Origin: a virus
Length of the DNA: 42,016 nucleotides
Reading direction: 5' to 3' (one strand)
Virus record (IMG/VR): IMGVR_UViG_3300022690_000657
Coordinates: 1-42,016 of that record
Part shown: piece after piece, positions 1-7,283 of the stretch
Numbering within the stretch: position 1 is the first letter of the stretch
How the letters are laid out: each line of letters opens with the position of its first letter
Notes under the pieces: generated by a model
Told to the model about the DNA's origin: nothing
The model's database searches: none
The model's input: only the letters and a program-made list of their open reading frames with translations
Made by a program: the position numbers and the translations under genes

Positions 1-144
1 AATAACTCAAATTTCAATTGCTTAATTTCACTTAACAATTTATTTTTAATTAATGAGCCGCCTCTCTGAGTTGCTTCTACCGCTTCATCAGTCATAAAAC
101 TTTCCGTCCTTCTAGTTAGTAATTTCAGATAGGAGATCATCAAA
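1..144. repeat. Terminal direct repeat, copy 1 (identical to 41873-42016); marks circular closure or terminal redundancy
   Basis: Base-by-base comparison of the first 144 nt with the last 144 nt shows 144/144 identity. The repeat cuts through a CDS. Confidence 0.95.
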
Positions 145-396
145 GATTTTGTTGCTAGCCTTTTTCGATAATATCTGTTTCGTTACCATCAATAAAAATT
201 CAAATCTTTCTGTTTTCGTCATAAGTGAAACTAAAGACGAGGCTGCATCGATTTTATTTTCTCCTAAAACGTCACAAGCAGGAATTTCAATACCGTGATC
301 GCAATTTGGCGTATCTTTTGTTGGAGAAACCCATATAAAATCGTCGTTTTCGGCATATTTTAATACCGATAAGAATATTTGTGTTCTGTCAGTCAT
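112..396 (-). CDS. Hypothetical early protein (94 aa; alternative start at 435)
   Basis: ORF 112..435. The ATG at 396 is preceded by the recurrent GGAATTTTT initiation motif and avoids a 26-nt overlap with the upstream ORF. Confidence 0.6.
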   Translation of the reverse strand: MTDRTQIFLSVLKYAENDDFIWVSPTKDTPNCDHGIEIPACDVLGENKIDAASSLVSLMTKTERFEFLLMVTKQILSKKASNKIFDDLLSEITN

Positions 397-409
397 AATA
401 AAAATTCCG

Positions 410-556
410 TTAAAGTTTTTTACAATAAAGCCCATTACATCTAGGGCAGTTTTTTATGGTGTAAACAGGATTGCCAACGCCATCGTACGCAGTAAATTCA
501 TCTATCTGAAATTTATGTTGAAGATGGCCTAATAACCAACAGATCAATTTTTTCAC
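410..556 (-). CDS. Small Cys-rich protein, DUF1660-like (48 aa, GTG start)
   Basis: Hand translation: VKKLICWLLGHLQHKF...NCPRCNGLYCKKL. It is preceded by GGAATTTTTGACC. It is below the 60-aa cutoff of the ORF track. Confidence 0.45.
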   Translation of the reverse strand: MKKLICWLLGHLQHKFQIDEFTAYDGVGNPVYTIKNCPRCNGLYCKKL

Positions 557-574
557 GGTCAAAAATTCCGTCCT

Positions 575-985
575 TTAGTTAACTGGTACAGGGTTGATTT
601 GATCAGATACCCAAATTCGCATTCTGTCCCACCTCTGATCAGGCGTTTCATCTGCACACCAAATCTCCTCGTCATTCATAAAAACAATTTCTCTTGCTAG
701 CGCCCCTGCAATATTGAAGCTTTTAGATACTTCGTCAGAGTCTTCTGGATCAATATTTGTCATATCAACACCTCTACTGGCACCAATGACGCCGAGCGCA
801 CAAAACTCACCTTTAACTTCAAGTTCATCTTTAATAAGTCGCTTGTTTGGCATGCTGTCGAGAGCTTTTAGTAATTCAGTTAAAAACTTCTGTCCACGCT
901 TGCCACGAATAGCAGACTTAACCGCGCCTCTCCAACATATCATCTGCCAGTTTTCACCATCATATTCATATCCGCTTCTACTCAT
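575..985 (-). CDS. Hypothetical early protein (136 aa)
   Basis: ORF 575..997. The first Met in the track is a TTG. The ATG at 985 has a GGAG 7 nt upstream. Confidence 0.7.
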   Translation of the reverse strand: MSRSGYEYDGENWQMICWRGAVKSAIRGKRGQKFLTELLKALDSMPNKRLIKDELEVKGEFCALGVIGASRGVDMTNIDPEDSDEVSKSFNIAGALAREIVFMNDEEIWCADETPDQRWDRMRIWVSDQINPVPVN

Positions 986-1175
986 TTCTATCTCCAATTA
1001 ATTTAAAAATAATTGTTTTGCTAGACTTTAGAACGTACCCGCCGCCAGCCATTGGCAACACTTCACGCTCTTGACACTTCCAGTTGCGAAGAGTCTCTAC
1101 GGTAGTTCCGCAAGCCTTAGCAGCAATGTTGTCATCACCGCCATATTGATCTTTTATTAGTTTTTTTAGCTTCAT
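978..1175 (-). CDS. Small HTH DNA-binding protein (Cro / YdaS-like); paralogue of 37791..37970
   Basis: 65 aa. The AAKACGTTVETLRNW segment is HTH-like. It has its own promoter directly upstream and sits next to the recombinase. Confidence 0.6.
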   Translation of the reverse strand: MKLKKLIKDQYGGDDNIAAKACGTTVETLRNWKCQEREVLPMAGGGYVLKSSKTIIFKLIGDRNE

Positions 1176-1202
1176 TGATTTGCCTTGTTAGGATTTAGAT
1201 AA

Positions 1203-1231
1203 AGCATAACTAAACAATTATGATAAGTCAA
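1203..1231 (-). promoter_or_regulatory. Sigma70-like promoter TTGACT-17-TATGCT, bracketed by a 7-bp inverted repeat (CATAACT / AGTTATG, 1205-1211 / 1233-1239)
   Basis: Read on the minus strand in the 66-bp gap between the recombinase gene and the HTH gene. Confidence 0.5.
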
Positions 1232-1241
1232 CAGTTATGTT

Positions 1242-1919
1242 TTATGCCGCCATATCAAACGCTACTTCATAACATTCTTCTAACTTCTTATCTCGAATAT
1301 CAATGTAATGCAGTGACATTTCTTCATCATCGTGACCAAGTAGCCTAGCTATGATGCTCAATGGTACGCCTGCCTCTGCTGCGTTTGTTGCTAATGATTT
1401 TCGGCCACTGTGAGAGCTGCAATTATGTAAGCCGCATCGTTTATAAATTTTTGTTAATAAGTCCTGTAGCGCGTCACACGACTTGTAAATATTAATCGAC
1501 CCATCAACCATAGTTCTCTTTTTATCGCTCAGTGAGTACGGTCTACCCCTGTTATTATAGAGTAAAGGGCTGTCGGCCATTAAACCTTGATACCGATCAT
1601 CATTTAGAGATAAGCCCCACTTGCGCTTTATGCGATAATCAATCACTGCTTGGATAGCTTCACGAGCTTTTTTATTCCACAACCACATTGTTCGCGGCTT
1701 TAACATCTTGCAAATTTTTGCAGGTAAAAACACCTCTGTTCTAATCTTGCCAGATGGATATAAAAGCGTTTTAACATCAATTCGAGCAACTTCTGATATT
1801 CTCATACCTAAATGAGTTAAAACAAAGGCAGCTAGCTTAGTTTCGGGATCAGGCATCAAACCGATTTTACCTATGGTTTTTCTGATCTGAGTTTTAGTTA
1901 ATGCTGCTGCTTTGCTCAT
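1242..1919 (-). CDS. int: Tyrosine recombinase / integrase, catalytic domain only (225 aa)
   Basis: Catalytic signature in the right order: GMRISE (Arg), HSGRKS (His-x-x-Arg), LLGHDD (His), SLHYIDI (Tyr). There is no room for an N-terminal arm- or core-binding domain. Confidence 0.85.
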   Translation of the reverse strand: MSKAAALTKTQIRKTIGKIGLMPDPETKLAAFVLTHLGMRISEVARIDVKTLLYPSGKIRTEVFLPAKICKMLKPRTMWLWNKKAREAIQAVIDYRIKRKWGLSLNDDRYQGLMADSPLLYNNRGRPYSLSDKKRTMVDGSINIYKSCDALQDLLTKIYKRCGLHNCSSHSGRKSLATNAAEAGVPLSIIARLLGHDDEEMSLHYIDIRDKKLEECYEVAFDMAA

Positions 1920-1997
1920 TTTTACTACATACCTTTAAAATTTAGTGGTGAATCTCTACAGCCCTTATAAACTGGTACTTCCTAGTAAAGCCGTTAA

Positions 1998-2222
1998 TCA
2001 ACAAAAAGCCTCACATCCTGGATATACGCATCTAGTCGACATGGGGCTAAATCGTTTCATTTTATGCTTTCTTCCGAGCTTGCCACATAACGTATCGCCG
2101 CCTTTACTCCACGGGGTGCTATCTTGCTCATAATCGTATTCGCATACTGGACACTTAACTATTGGCCCATTATTATCAGTTTCGATCTCGCCTTTATCGT
2201 CGCAATACTCACACATTGTCAT
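1998..2222 (-). CDS. Small zinc-ribbon protein
   Basis: 74 aa with CEYC...CPVC. Confidence 0.6.
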   Translation of the reverse strand: MTMCEYCDDKGEIETDNNGPIVKCPVCEYDYEQDSTPWSKGGDTLCGKLGRKHKMKRFSPMSTRCVYPGCEAFC

Positions 2223-2600
2223 TTACCTGTTTGTTAGTGAGTTTAGAGCTTTCAGTGTACCTTCAAAAATCTCTGGAACTTCTTCGCTAATAACTTCAAC
2301 GCCTTCAAGTAGCTCTGCATGAAGTGATGTGACGATAATAGAGTGATGTGGGTGTCGGCCTTTTAGGTACTCAACCGCAGGCCTTAAAGCCACCTCAAAA
2401 CTATCGTTCTGTTTACTTTCTATCTTCCATGTTTTATTTAAATCTTTACTGTGCAGAGTTATGCTTTCACCGAAACCAATGCAGTACAATATGAACGCTC
2501 CATTCTTAACCTCAACGTTATGGACGGCCAAAGATTTGTCGCCGGTATGTGTCTCGATTATTACGTTTGATTTAGATAATTTGATAATGTCGATATTCAT
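2223..2600 (-). CDS. Hypothetical early protein
   Basis: 125-aa ORF abutting the next gene. Confidence 0.65.
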   Translation of the reverse strand: MNIDIIKLSKSNVIIETHTGDKSLAVHNVEVKNGAFILYCIGFGESITLHSKDLNKTWKIESKQNDSFEVALRPAVEYLKGRHPHHSIIVTSLHAELLEGVEVISEEVPEIFEGTLKALNSLTNR

Positions 2601-2665
2601 AATTTTTCACCTTTTAGGTCGTTTACCTGTAAGTTTTTGGTACGTTAAAATTCATCGGAAAGCCG

Positions 2666-2893
2666 CTAACCTCGAATGAAAGCCTGGTTCTTTGTAATCA
2701 TTCCATTCTTTTTGGCGTTTCTTTTGATCTTCTTTAGTTCAGATTGAACTTCCTGAAGTGTCTTTTCACCAGAGCGCACTTGCTCCATTAGAGCCATACG
2801 AACATCAGTGCTATCAGCAATTATCCCTTCTGCTTCACATTTCTTAACGTTGTTAAATTTATCAAATCTTGCTTCAACTCTTGATCTACTCAT
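2666..2893 (-). CDS. Hypothetical early protein
   Basis: 75-aa ORF preceded by GGAAAAGACA. Confidence 0.6.
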   Translation of the reverse strand: MSRSRVEARFDKFNNVKKCEAEGIIADSTDVRMALMEQVRSGEKTLQEVQSELKKIKRNAKKNGMITKNQAFIRG

Positions 2894-2902
2894 TGTCTTT
2901 TC

Positions 2903-3226
2903 CTATCGGTTATTCCAAGAATGTTCTTTTTGACCATCCCAGTAACAAAAATCAATAAATGAATTAAACATATCGCCATACTCATGATAGCGCTGGTATC
3001 TGGCCTGTGATTTAGTCATCTTTCGAATGCGACCAAAGCCAAGATATTCAACTTCACTAGTTGGGTGGCAGTTCATGATTACGCCAGGCTTATCTTCGTC
3101 AAAGTTAACGCCGATATAATGGCCTCTGTCTTTCGCAATAATCCCAGACTTACCAGACACAATAACTTTTCTTCCTAGCTCGGCCGGCACTTGATAAAAC
3201 TCTTTTACATATTCAAAATTACTCAT
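2903..3226 (-). CDS. Hypothetical early protein (107 aa)
   Basis: ORF 2903..3235. The first codon in the track is the TTG inside the conserved GGAATTGACTAAAATG cassette. The real ATG is at 3226. Confidence 0.65.
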   Translation of the reverse strand: MSNFEYVKEFYQVPAELGRKVIVSGKSGIIAKDRGHYIGVNFDEDKPGVIMNCHPTSEVEYLGFGRIRKMTKSQARYQRYHEYGDMFNSFIDFCYWDGQKEHSWNNR

Positions 3227-3238
3227 TTTAGTCAATTC

Positions 3239-3553
3239 CTATTGGTTCAATCGCACATCGTTCTTGGTTTCTATGCGATTTATTAAATTACTCTCTAAAT
3301 CAATCATTCGCCCAGGGTATGCGTTAGCCATTCTGAGAGCGCATATAACCAGATCTGAAATATATTTATCAGGCTCTAGTTCACTGTCTCTCCTATGGTC
3401 TAAATCGTCTACTATCTCTGATAATTTACCCAGCGCCTTTAATGCGTGAGTTATAGCGTGAGCAAAGTCTTTATGCGCCTGCGGATTCAAACGATAGTCT
3501 TGGCTGTATTTAATAGTCCAAGGTAAGCTGGTTTGTATGTCTCGCAAATTCAT
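3239..3553 (-). CDS. MazG-like nucleotide pyrophosphohydrolase-fold protein
   Basis: AHAITHALKALGKLSEIVDDLDH ... DLVICALRMANAY...DLESNLINRIETKN matches the all-alpha MazG-like pattern. The acidic catalytic residues are only partly kept. Confidence 0.45.
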   Translation of the reverse strand: MNLRDIQTSLPWTIKYSQDYRLNPQAHKDFAHAITHALKALGKLSEIVDDLDHRRDSELEPDKYISDLVICALRMANAYPGRMIDLESNLINRIETKNDVRLNQ

Positions 3554-3559
3554 TTTATG

Positions 3560-3670
3560 TCAATTCCCGTTTAGTAGGTTTAAGACTTGATCTAGCGTTA
3601 GATCCCTGTCTTCTTTTCTATCGTAGTAGTAAGTGCCGTACTTACCCATTCTTAGCTCATAACGTTCCAT
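3560..3670 (-). CDS. Small hypothetical protein (36 aa)
   Basis: Hand translation MERYELRMGKYGTYYYDRKEDRDLTLDQVLNLLNGN, preceded by GGAAAAGACACTA. Confidence 0.4.
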   Translation of the reverse strand: MERYELRMGKYGTYYYDRKEDRDLTLDQVLNLLNGN

Positions 3671-3683
3671 TAGTGTCTTTTCC

Positions 3684-3860
3684 TTATTCTTCGTCTTCGG
3701 AAGTAAGTAGATTATATATAGACTGCGCTATCTTAACTTGATCTTCAGATAATCCAGCCGCCTTAAGCTCTTTAACGTTAAGATTACCGGTGAGCTTTTT
3801 AATTACACTCTCTTCATCTTGACTAAGAGTTAATTCGATTGTTTTATTGATTTTAGCCAT
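3684..3860 (-). CDS. Small acidic hypothetical protein (58 aa)
   Basis: Hand translation MAKINKTIELTLSQDEES...SEDEE, preceded by the GGGAATTGACTAAAA cassette. Confidence 0.45.
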   Translation of the reverse strand: MAKINKTIELTLSQDEESVIKKLTGNLNVKELKAAGLSEDQVKIAQSIYNLLTSEDEE

Positions 3861-3862
3861 TT

Positions 3863-4120
3863 TTAGTCAATTCCCATTAGTTTATTTACAGTGTCGCAAA
3901 GTCTTTGTGTTATAGGGTTCCCCTGATCTACTGCATCAGAAAAAAGCAATTCATCAAAAGCGGATTCAAGTCTGTCTAATTTATCCTCAAGCTCTTTAAT
4001 TTTTTTCACGTCAATTTCTTGTCGCTCATAATGGTTAAGCTCATTTCGAATTCTATGCGACTCATATAATTCTCTAGAATCAATAAATTCTCTCAATGAC
4101 ATTTCTCTTGTTTCACTCAT
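3863..4120 (-). CDS. Hypothetical coiled-coil protein (85 aa)
   Basis: ORF 3863..4129. The track start is the TTG of the GGAATTGACTAAAATG cassette. The ATG is at 4120. Confidence 0.6.
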   Translation of the reverse strand: MSETREMSLREFIDSRELYESHRIRNELNHYERQEIDVKKIKELEDKLDRLESAFDELLFSDAVDQGNPITQRLCDTVNKLMGID

Positions 4121-4133
4121 TTTAGTCAATTCC

Positions 4134-4304
4134 TTATATAGATGTTTCTACTTCTAACTTTTCAATAAAACTGATAATTTCAGCCACATTCGTATTTTCG
4201 GGAAAACGTCCTAAAGATTCTAATAATGACTTTCTGAAATCCATCGCGCCTTGCATGTACATATCACTAGACAACTTTAATATTTCTTTCTTTGAATCAC
4301 TCAT
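4134..4304 (-). CDS. Small hypothetical protein (56 aa)
   Basis: Hand translation MSDSKKEILKLSSDMYMQGAMDF...; it fills the gap between neighbouring genes. Confidence 0.4.
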   Translation of the reverse strand: MSDSKKEILKLSSDMYMQGAMDFRKSLLESLGRFPENTNVAEIISFIEKLEVETSI

Positions 4305-4542
4305 TAGTGTCTTTTACTATTGTGTTGTTTGCATATTGGTGTGGTAGCTCTATTTCAACGCAAATCAGGCCATCTTTATCAAGCCATACTTTTTTAGGCT
4401 TAATTCTATTTGTGGAAGTATCACCATCACAACGAGCATAAAAAATCTTTCCAGAGCCTTTGTTAACGTATATTCCTAATTTACCTATACCCCCACAACA
4501 AGAATTGGATAGATACTGTCTATTTGAAGCCACTTTATCCAT
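4297..4542 (-). CDS. Hypothetical protein (81 aa)
   Basis: ORF 4297..4572. The ATG at 4542 follows GGAAAAGACCAAA. Confidence 0.55.
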   Translation of the reverse strand: MDKVASNRQYLSNSCCGGIGKLGIYVNKGSGKIFYARCDGDTSTNRIKPKKVWLDKDGLICVEIELPHQYANNTIVKDTNE

Positions 4543-4819
4543 TTTGGTCTTTTCCTTTGAGTTCTTTTGCATAATTTTCTAGTTGGTCTGATATTTCATC
4601 AAACGCCCAGTCCGCACCATCTATAAAAGTACCTTCTCTTGATGGAGAATGAATAACCACCGAGAGTCTAGCTTGCTCAACTGCATCGGATTTAGTTTTG
4701 TTTATTAAAACCTTAAGGTTCTTGGCGTTGCTAAATAGATGATCGCTTAACATAGATGTTTGAATGCCATGTAACGCCAAGTATTTACAACAATCTCCAA
4801 CAGTCTTTAAATCACTCAT
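4535..4819 (-). CDS. Hypothetical early protein
   Basis: 94-aa ORF preceded by GGGAAAAGACCAGG. Confidence 0.6.
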   Translation of the reverse strand: MSDLKTVGDCCKYLALHGIQTSMLSDHLFSNAKNLKVLINKTKSDAVEQARLSVVIHSPSREGTFIDGADWAFDEISDQLENYAKELKGKDQNG

Positions 4820-4834
4820 CCTGGTCTTTTCCCG

Positions 4835-4954
4835 TTAGTTAACTTGTTTCGGATTTACTGGGCATGGAAAGCTGTCTCTGCGCACTCCATGACCACCACA
4901 TTCTTGACAGCCGCTACCTCGCGAACCGTTAGAATATTCTGAGTCATCTCGCAC
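4835..4954 (-). CDS. Small DnaJ-type zinc-finger peptide (39 aa, GTG start)
   Basis: Hand translation VRDDSEYSNGSRGSGCQECGGHGVRRDSFPCPVNPKQVN. It contains CxxCxGxG. It starts 3 nt after the erf stop. Confidence 0.35.
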   Translation of the reverse strand: MRDDSEYSNGSRGSGCQECGGHGVRRDSFPCPVNPKQVN

Positions 4955-4957
4955 CTA

Positions 4958-5758
4958 TTAAAACTGATTTCTATTTTCAAACTCTTCAGAACTTACGCTC
5001 TTTATAAAGTGCTTCCTTGCATTCTCCATTTTTCCACGCTCTTCAGTTGTGAATATCCCGCCTTTAGTTGGCGCCCTCCATAACAAGTCGGTCTCCACTT
5101 TAGGAATATCTTGCCAATATCCACCAGCCAAATCATATTCTTCATTAGCTAAAGCCTCTTTGATTCCTGATATTTCATCAAATCTATCTCTTATAAGTCT
5201 ATTAAAATCAAGCAAGTCTCTAATATTAATTTCGCTAGCCTTCATTCCGTCATCATCATGATCGGCAGTAACTATCCCTAAAGCGCCTATAAGGGTATAT
5301 CGCTGCAAATAACTATTAGATGACCCGATTGCCTGTATTGCATTTTTAGATCCGCTGGCATCCATAGGGGCGCTCATACTGGTTGATTCTGAATGACCAT
5401 TCTCATGCGTGACTATGCATTTCACCGTCATTTCACTGTTTTTAACTTCTTGCTCATATCGAAAGGTTAACCCGCACTCATGTAAAGGCTTTTTAATGAC
5501 GGCGTGAATACTTGGTAGTGTTGCGTATTTACAGTTATGTCCGGACTTCTGCTTTAACACTGGTGGACAAATACTTTGAAACCTACCCATTGAGTCAACA
5601 AACATCTTCTTAGCTTCCTTGGACTCCCATCGCTCTTGTAAATCCATTAGCTTACTAAGTTTATCAACGTCTGCATTGCTAGTTACAGCCAACTCCATAA
5701 GGCTTGCTAGTTGCTGCCCTTGATTAATCGCAACTTCCTTTTTCATTAAATCACTCAT
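4958..5758 (-). CDS. erf: ERF-family single-strand annealing recombinase
   Basis: KYATLPSIHAVIKKPLHECGL and NAIQAIGSSNSYLQRYTLIGALGIVTADHDDDG match the ERF core as seen in P22 Erf (GATSSYARKYCLNGLFGIDD). Confidence 0.8.
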   Translation of the reverse strand: MSDLMKKEVAINQGQQLASLMELAVTSNADVDKLSKLMDLQERWESKEAKKMFVDSMGRFQSICPPVLKQKSGHNCKYATLPSIHAVIKKPLHECGLTFRYEQEVKNSEMTVKCIVTHENGHSESTSMSAPMDASGSKNAIQAIGSSNSYLQRYTLIGALGIVTADHDDDGMKASEINIRDLLDFNRLIRDRFDEISGIKEALANEEYDLAGGYWQDIPKVETDLLWRAPTKGGIFTTEERGKMENARKHFIKSVSSEEFENRNQF

Positions 5759-5759
5759 T

Positions 5760-5876
5760 CTATAACCCCAACAACGCTAAATTCTCATCATTAATAGCCA
5801 TCAATATTAAAATGCAACCTAGGACCACTATTATCTCGAATACTATTTTGTATAATTCTTTTTGACTTTCTTTCAT
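5760..5876 (-). CDS. Small membrane peptide (38 aa)
   Basis: Hand translation MKESQKELYKIVFEIIVVLGCILILMAINDENLALLGL. It has a TAATG overlap with the upstream gene. Confidence 0.4.
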   Translation of the reverse strand: MKESQKELYKIVFEIIVVLGCILILMAINDENLALLGL

Positions 5877-6163
5877 TATTCCGCCCTCAATAATCGATCA
5901 ATTGTTTCAGTTAAATTTTTCCCCGACAAATCATCAGCATCAATAACACACTTGAGAGCATCATTTATTCTTTGATTGACTAAGCATTGGCAGAAACTTC
6001 TAACTTCATCAGATTCAAGTAATTGCTCAACCATACAATCGTAATCGGTTGATGAATCTTCTCTAATTAAATCCACTGTCATTCTTAGAGTGTCTAGTGA
6101 TTCGTTAATCATTATTGAGCCCTGACCGTCAGTGTGAAAATCTTTCAAGAATTTGTTTAACAT
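5876..6163 (-). CDS. Hypothetical acidic early protein
   Basis: 95-aa ORF. Confidence 0.6.
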   Translation of the reverse strand: MLNKFLKDFHTDGQGSIMINESLDTLRMTVDLIREDSSTDYDCMVEQLLESDEVRSFCQCLVNQRINDALKCVIDADDLSGKNLTETIDRLLRAE

Positions 6164-6197
6164 TGTTATTCCCTTGTTGTTTTAATGCTTGTACCTC

Positions 6198-6229
6198 AAA
6201 AGCCCGTGGCATTTCTACCTACGGGCTTG
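6198..6229 (-). terminator. Intrinsic-terminator-like hairpin (AAGCCCGU...ACGGGCUU followed by UU)
   Basis: 8-bp GC-rich stem with a 13-nt loop and a short U tract, read on the minus strand between two genes. Confidence 0.4.
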
Positions 6230-6255
6230 GTTCTATGTAGCGTATCTATTATCGG

Positions 6256-6432
6256 TTATCCATACACTGTCCAAATCCAGTGCGGTTTAATCTCCGTTGC
6301 CACTACACCTTGGCTAAGTTTAGGTGGGTCGTGGCTGTCATCTACGTTTGATTCAGGCGCTACTTCCTGAATATGCTTAAATAACGTCAATAATAAGAAA
6401 TCGAGATAATTAAAAAATCCAATTGTTATCAT
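6256..6432 (-). CDS. Small hypothetical protein (58 aa)
   Basis: Hand translation MITIGFFNYLDFLLLTLFKHIQE... with a GAGGAT Shine-Dalgarno 6 nt upstream. Confidence 0.5.
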   Translation of the reverse strand: MITIGFFNYLDFLLLTLFKHIQEVAPESNVDDSHDPPKLSQGVVATEIKPHWIWTVYG

Positions 6433-6467
6433 TTCTTATCCTCTGTTAATGGGTGCTGGTGAATTAA

Positions 6468-6797
6468 CTATTCAGAAAAAACCTTTTCCAAATACTCTTT
6501 GGCGGTGAATTTTGCCTCCCCGATAACTATTGTTTGGTCATCAACATTAAACTTAATTAGTTCGTGCTCGTTATCGTGTACCTCACACGTTATGCCAAAT
6601 CCGGTTAACTCCATTTCACGACCTTTAGTCATCTGATTAAATATGATTCTAGTAATGTATTGAAAGTCATCCAAACGTGATTCACCACGTTTAAGTGCAT
6701 CTTGCAGCGTTTTAGGTAACTCCGTTCCAGCCCAGTGCGTATATAGACACACAGTCTCATTGTCGCTCGTTACTAAAATATTTGCTCTATCACCCAT
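6468..6797 (-). CDS. First gene of the leftward early operon; hypothetical
   Basis: 109-aa ORF directly downstream of the leftward promoter. No HTH is recognisable. Confidence 0.65.
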   Translation of the reverse strand: MGDRANILVTSDNETVCLYTHWAGTELPKTLQDALKRGESRLDDFQYITRIIFNQMTKGREMELTGFGITCEVHDNEHELIKFNVDDQTIVIGEAKFTAKEYLEKVFSE

Positions 6798-6836
6798 TTC
6801 TATTTCCTCTTAGTTAAGTTTGTTTCGATGAAATTA

Positions 6837-6865
6837 AGATTACTCTTGATGATTCCGATTGTCAA
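6837..6865 (-). promoter_or_regulatory. Leftward early promoter TTGACA-17-TAATCT
   Basis: Read on the minus strand in the 136-bp divergent gap. Confidence 0.6.
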
Positions 6866-6873
6866 CAAATAAT

Positions 6874-6902
6874 TTGACTCAAGCAAGATTATTCGTTACT
6901 AT
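6874..6902 (+). promoter_or_regulatory. Rightward early promoter TTGACT-17-TACTAT
   Basis: Read on the plus strand. Its -35 box lies back to back with the leftward -35 box (GTCAA-8 nt-TTGAC). Confidence 0.6.
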
Positions 6903-6933
6903 ACAATTACACATTTAATAAAAGGTAAGCAAA

Positions 6934-7134
6934 ATGCATTACGGGAAAGCTATTAGAAAGAAGCTTATAGATGCTGATAAAGACCAAACATGGTTAGCTG
7001 ATGGGTTGGGAGTAACAAAGCAAGCAGTTAGCTTTATGTGCAGTCAGAGGCACTTAAATACATCTAAGCTACATAAGGTTTGTGATTTATTAGGCGTTAC
7101 AGTTATGTCGATGATGATCGAGGGCAATGTATGA
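6934..7134 (+). CDS. Cro / XRE-type HTH regulator (66 aa)
   Basis: QTWLADGLGVTKQAVSFM is a canonical HTH_XRE segment. It is the first gene of the rightward operon. Confidence 0.8.
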   Translation: MHYGKAIRKKLIDADKDQTWLADGLGVTKQAVSFMCSQRHLNTSKLHKVCDLLGVTVMSMMIEGNV

Positions 7135-7283
7135 TGAGTGATTTACATAAACTAGATCATACCGAATTATTACTGAAAGCCTTAGAGCTTGAAGAAAAGG
7201 TAAAGCAATTAGAACTTAATCGTGCCGCGGTTAGAAAATCAATTAGGCAGCTAGATTTATACGTGGTGGTTCAGAAGTTCTAA
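7131..7283 (+). CDS. Small coiled-coil protein (50 aa)
   Basis: Hand translation MMSDLHKLDHTELLLKALELEEKVKQLELN.... It has an ATGA overlap with the upstream stop. Confidence 0.45.
   Translation: MMSDLHKLDHTELLLKALELEEKVKQLELNRAAVRKSIRQLDLYVVVQKF

Noticed and set aside
1960-1967. Third copy of TAAGGGCT (minus strand) next to the recombinase gene, as a possible att core shared with 8454 and 8577
   Set aside because: About one chance occurrence of any 8-mer is expected in 84 kb of two-strand sequence. The evidence is insufficient.
4820-4957. Alternative 29-aa ATG-initiated ORF (MTQNILTVREVAAV...) in the erf-downstream gap
   Set aside because: The overlapping GTG-initiated frame contains a CxxCxGxG zinc-finger motif and is more protein-like. 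Only one of the two can be real, and both are low confidence.
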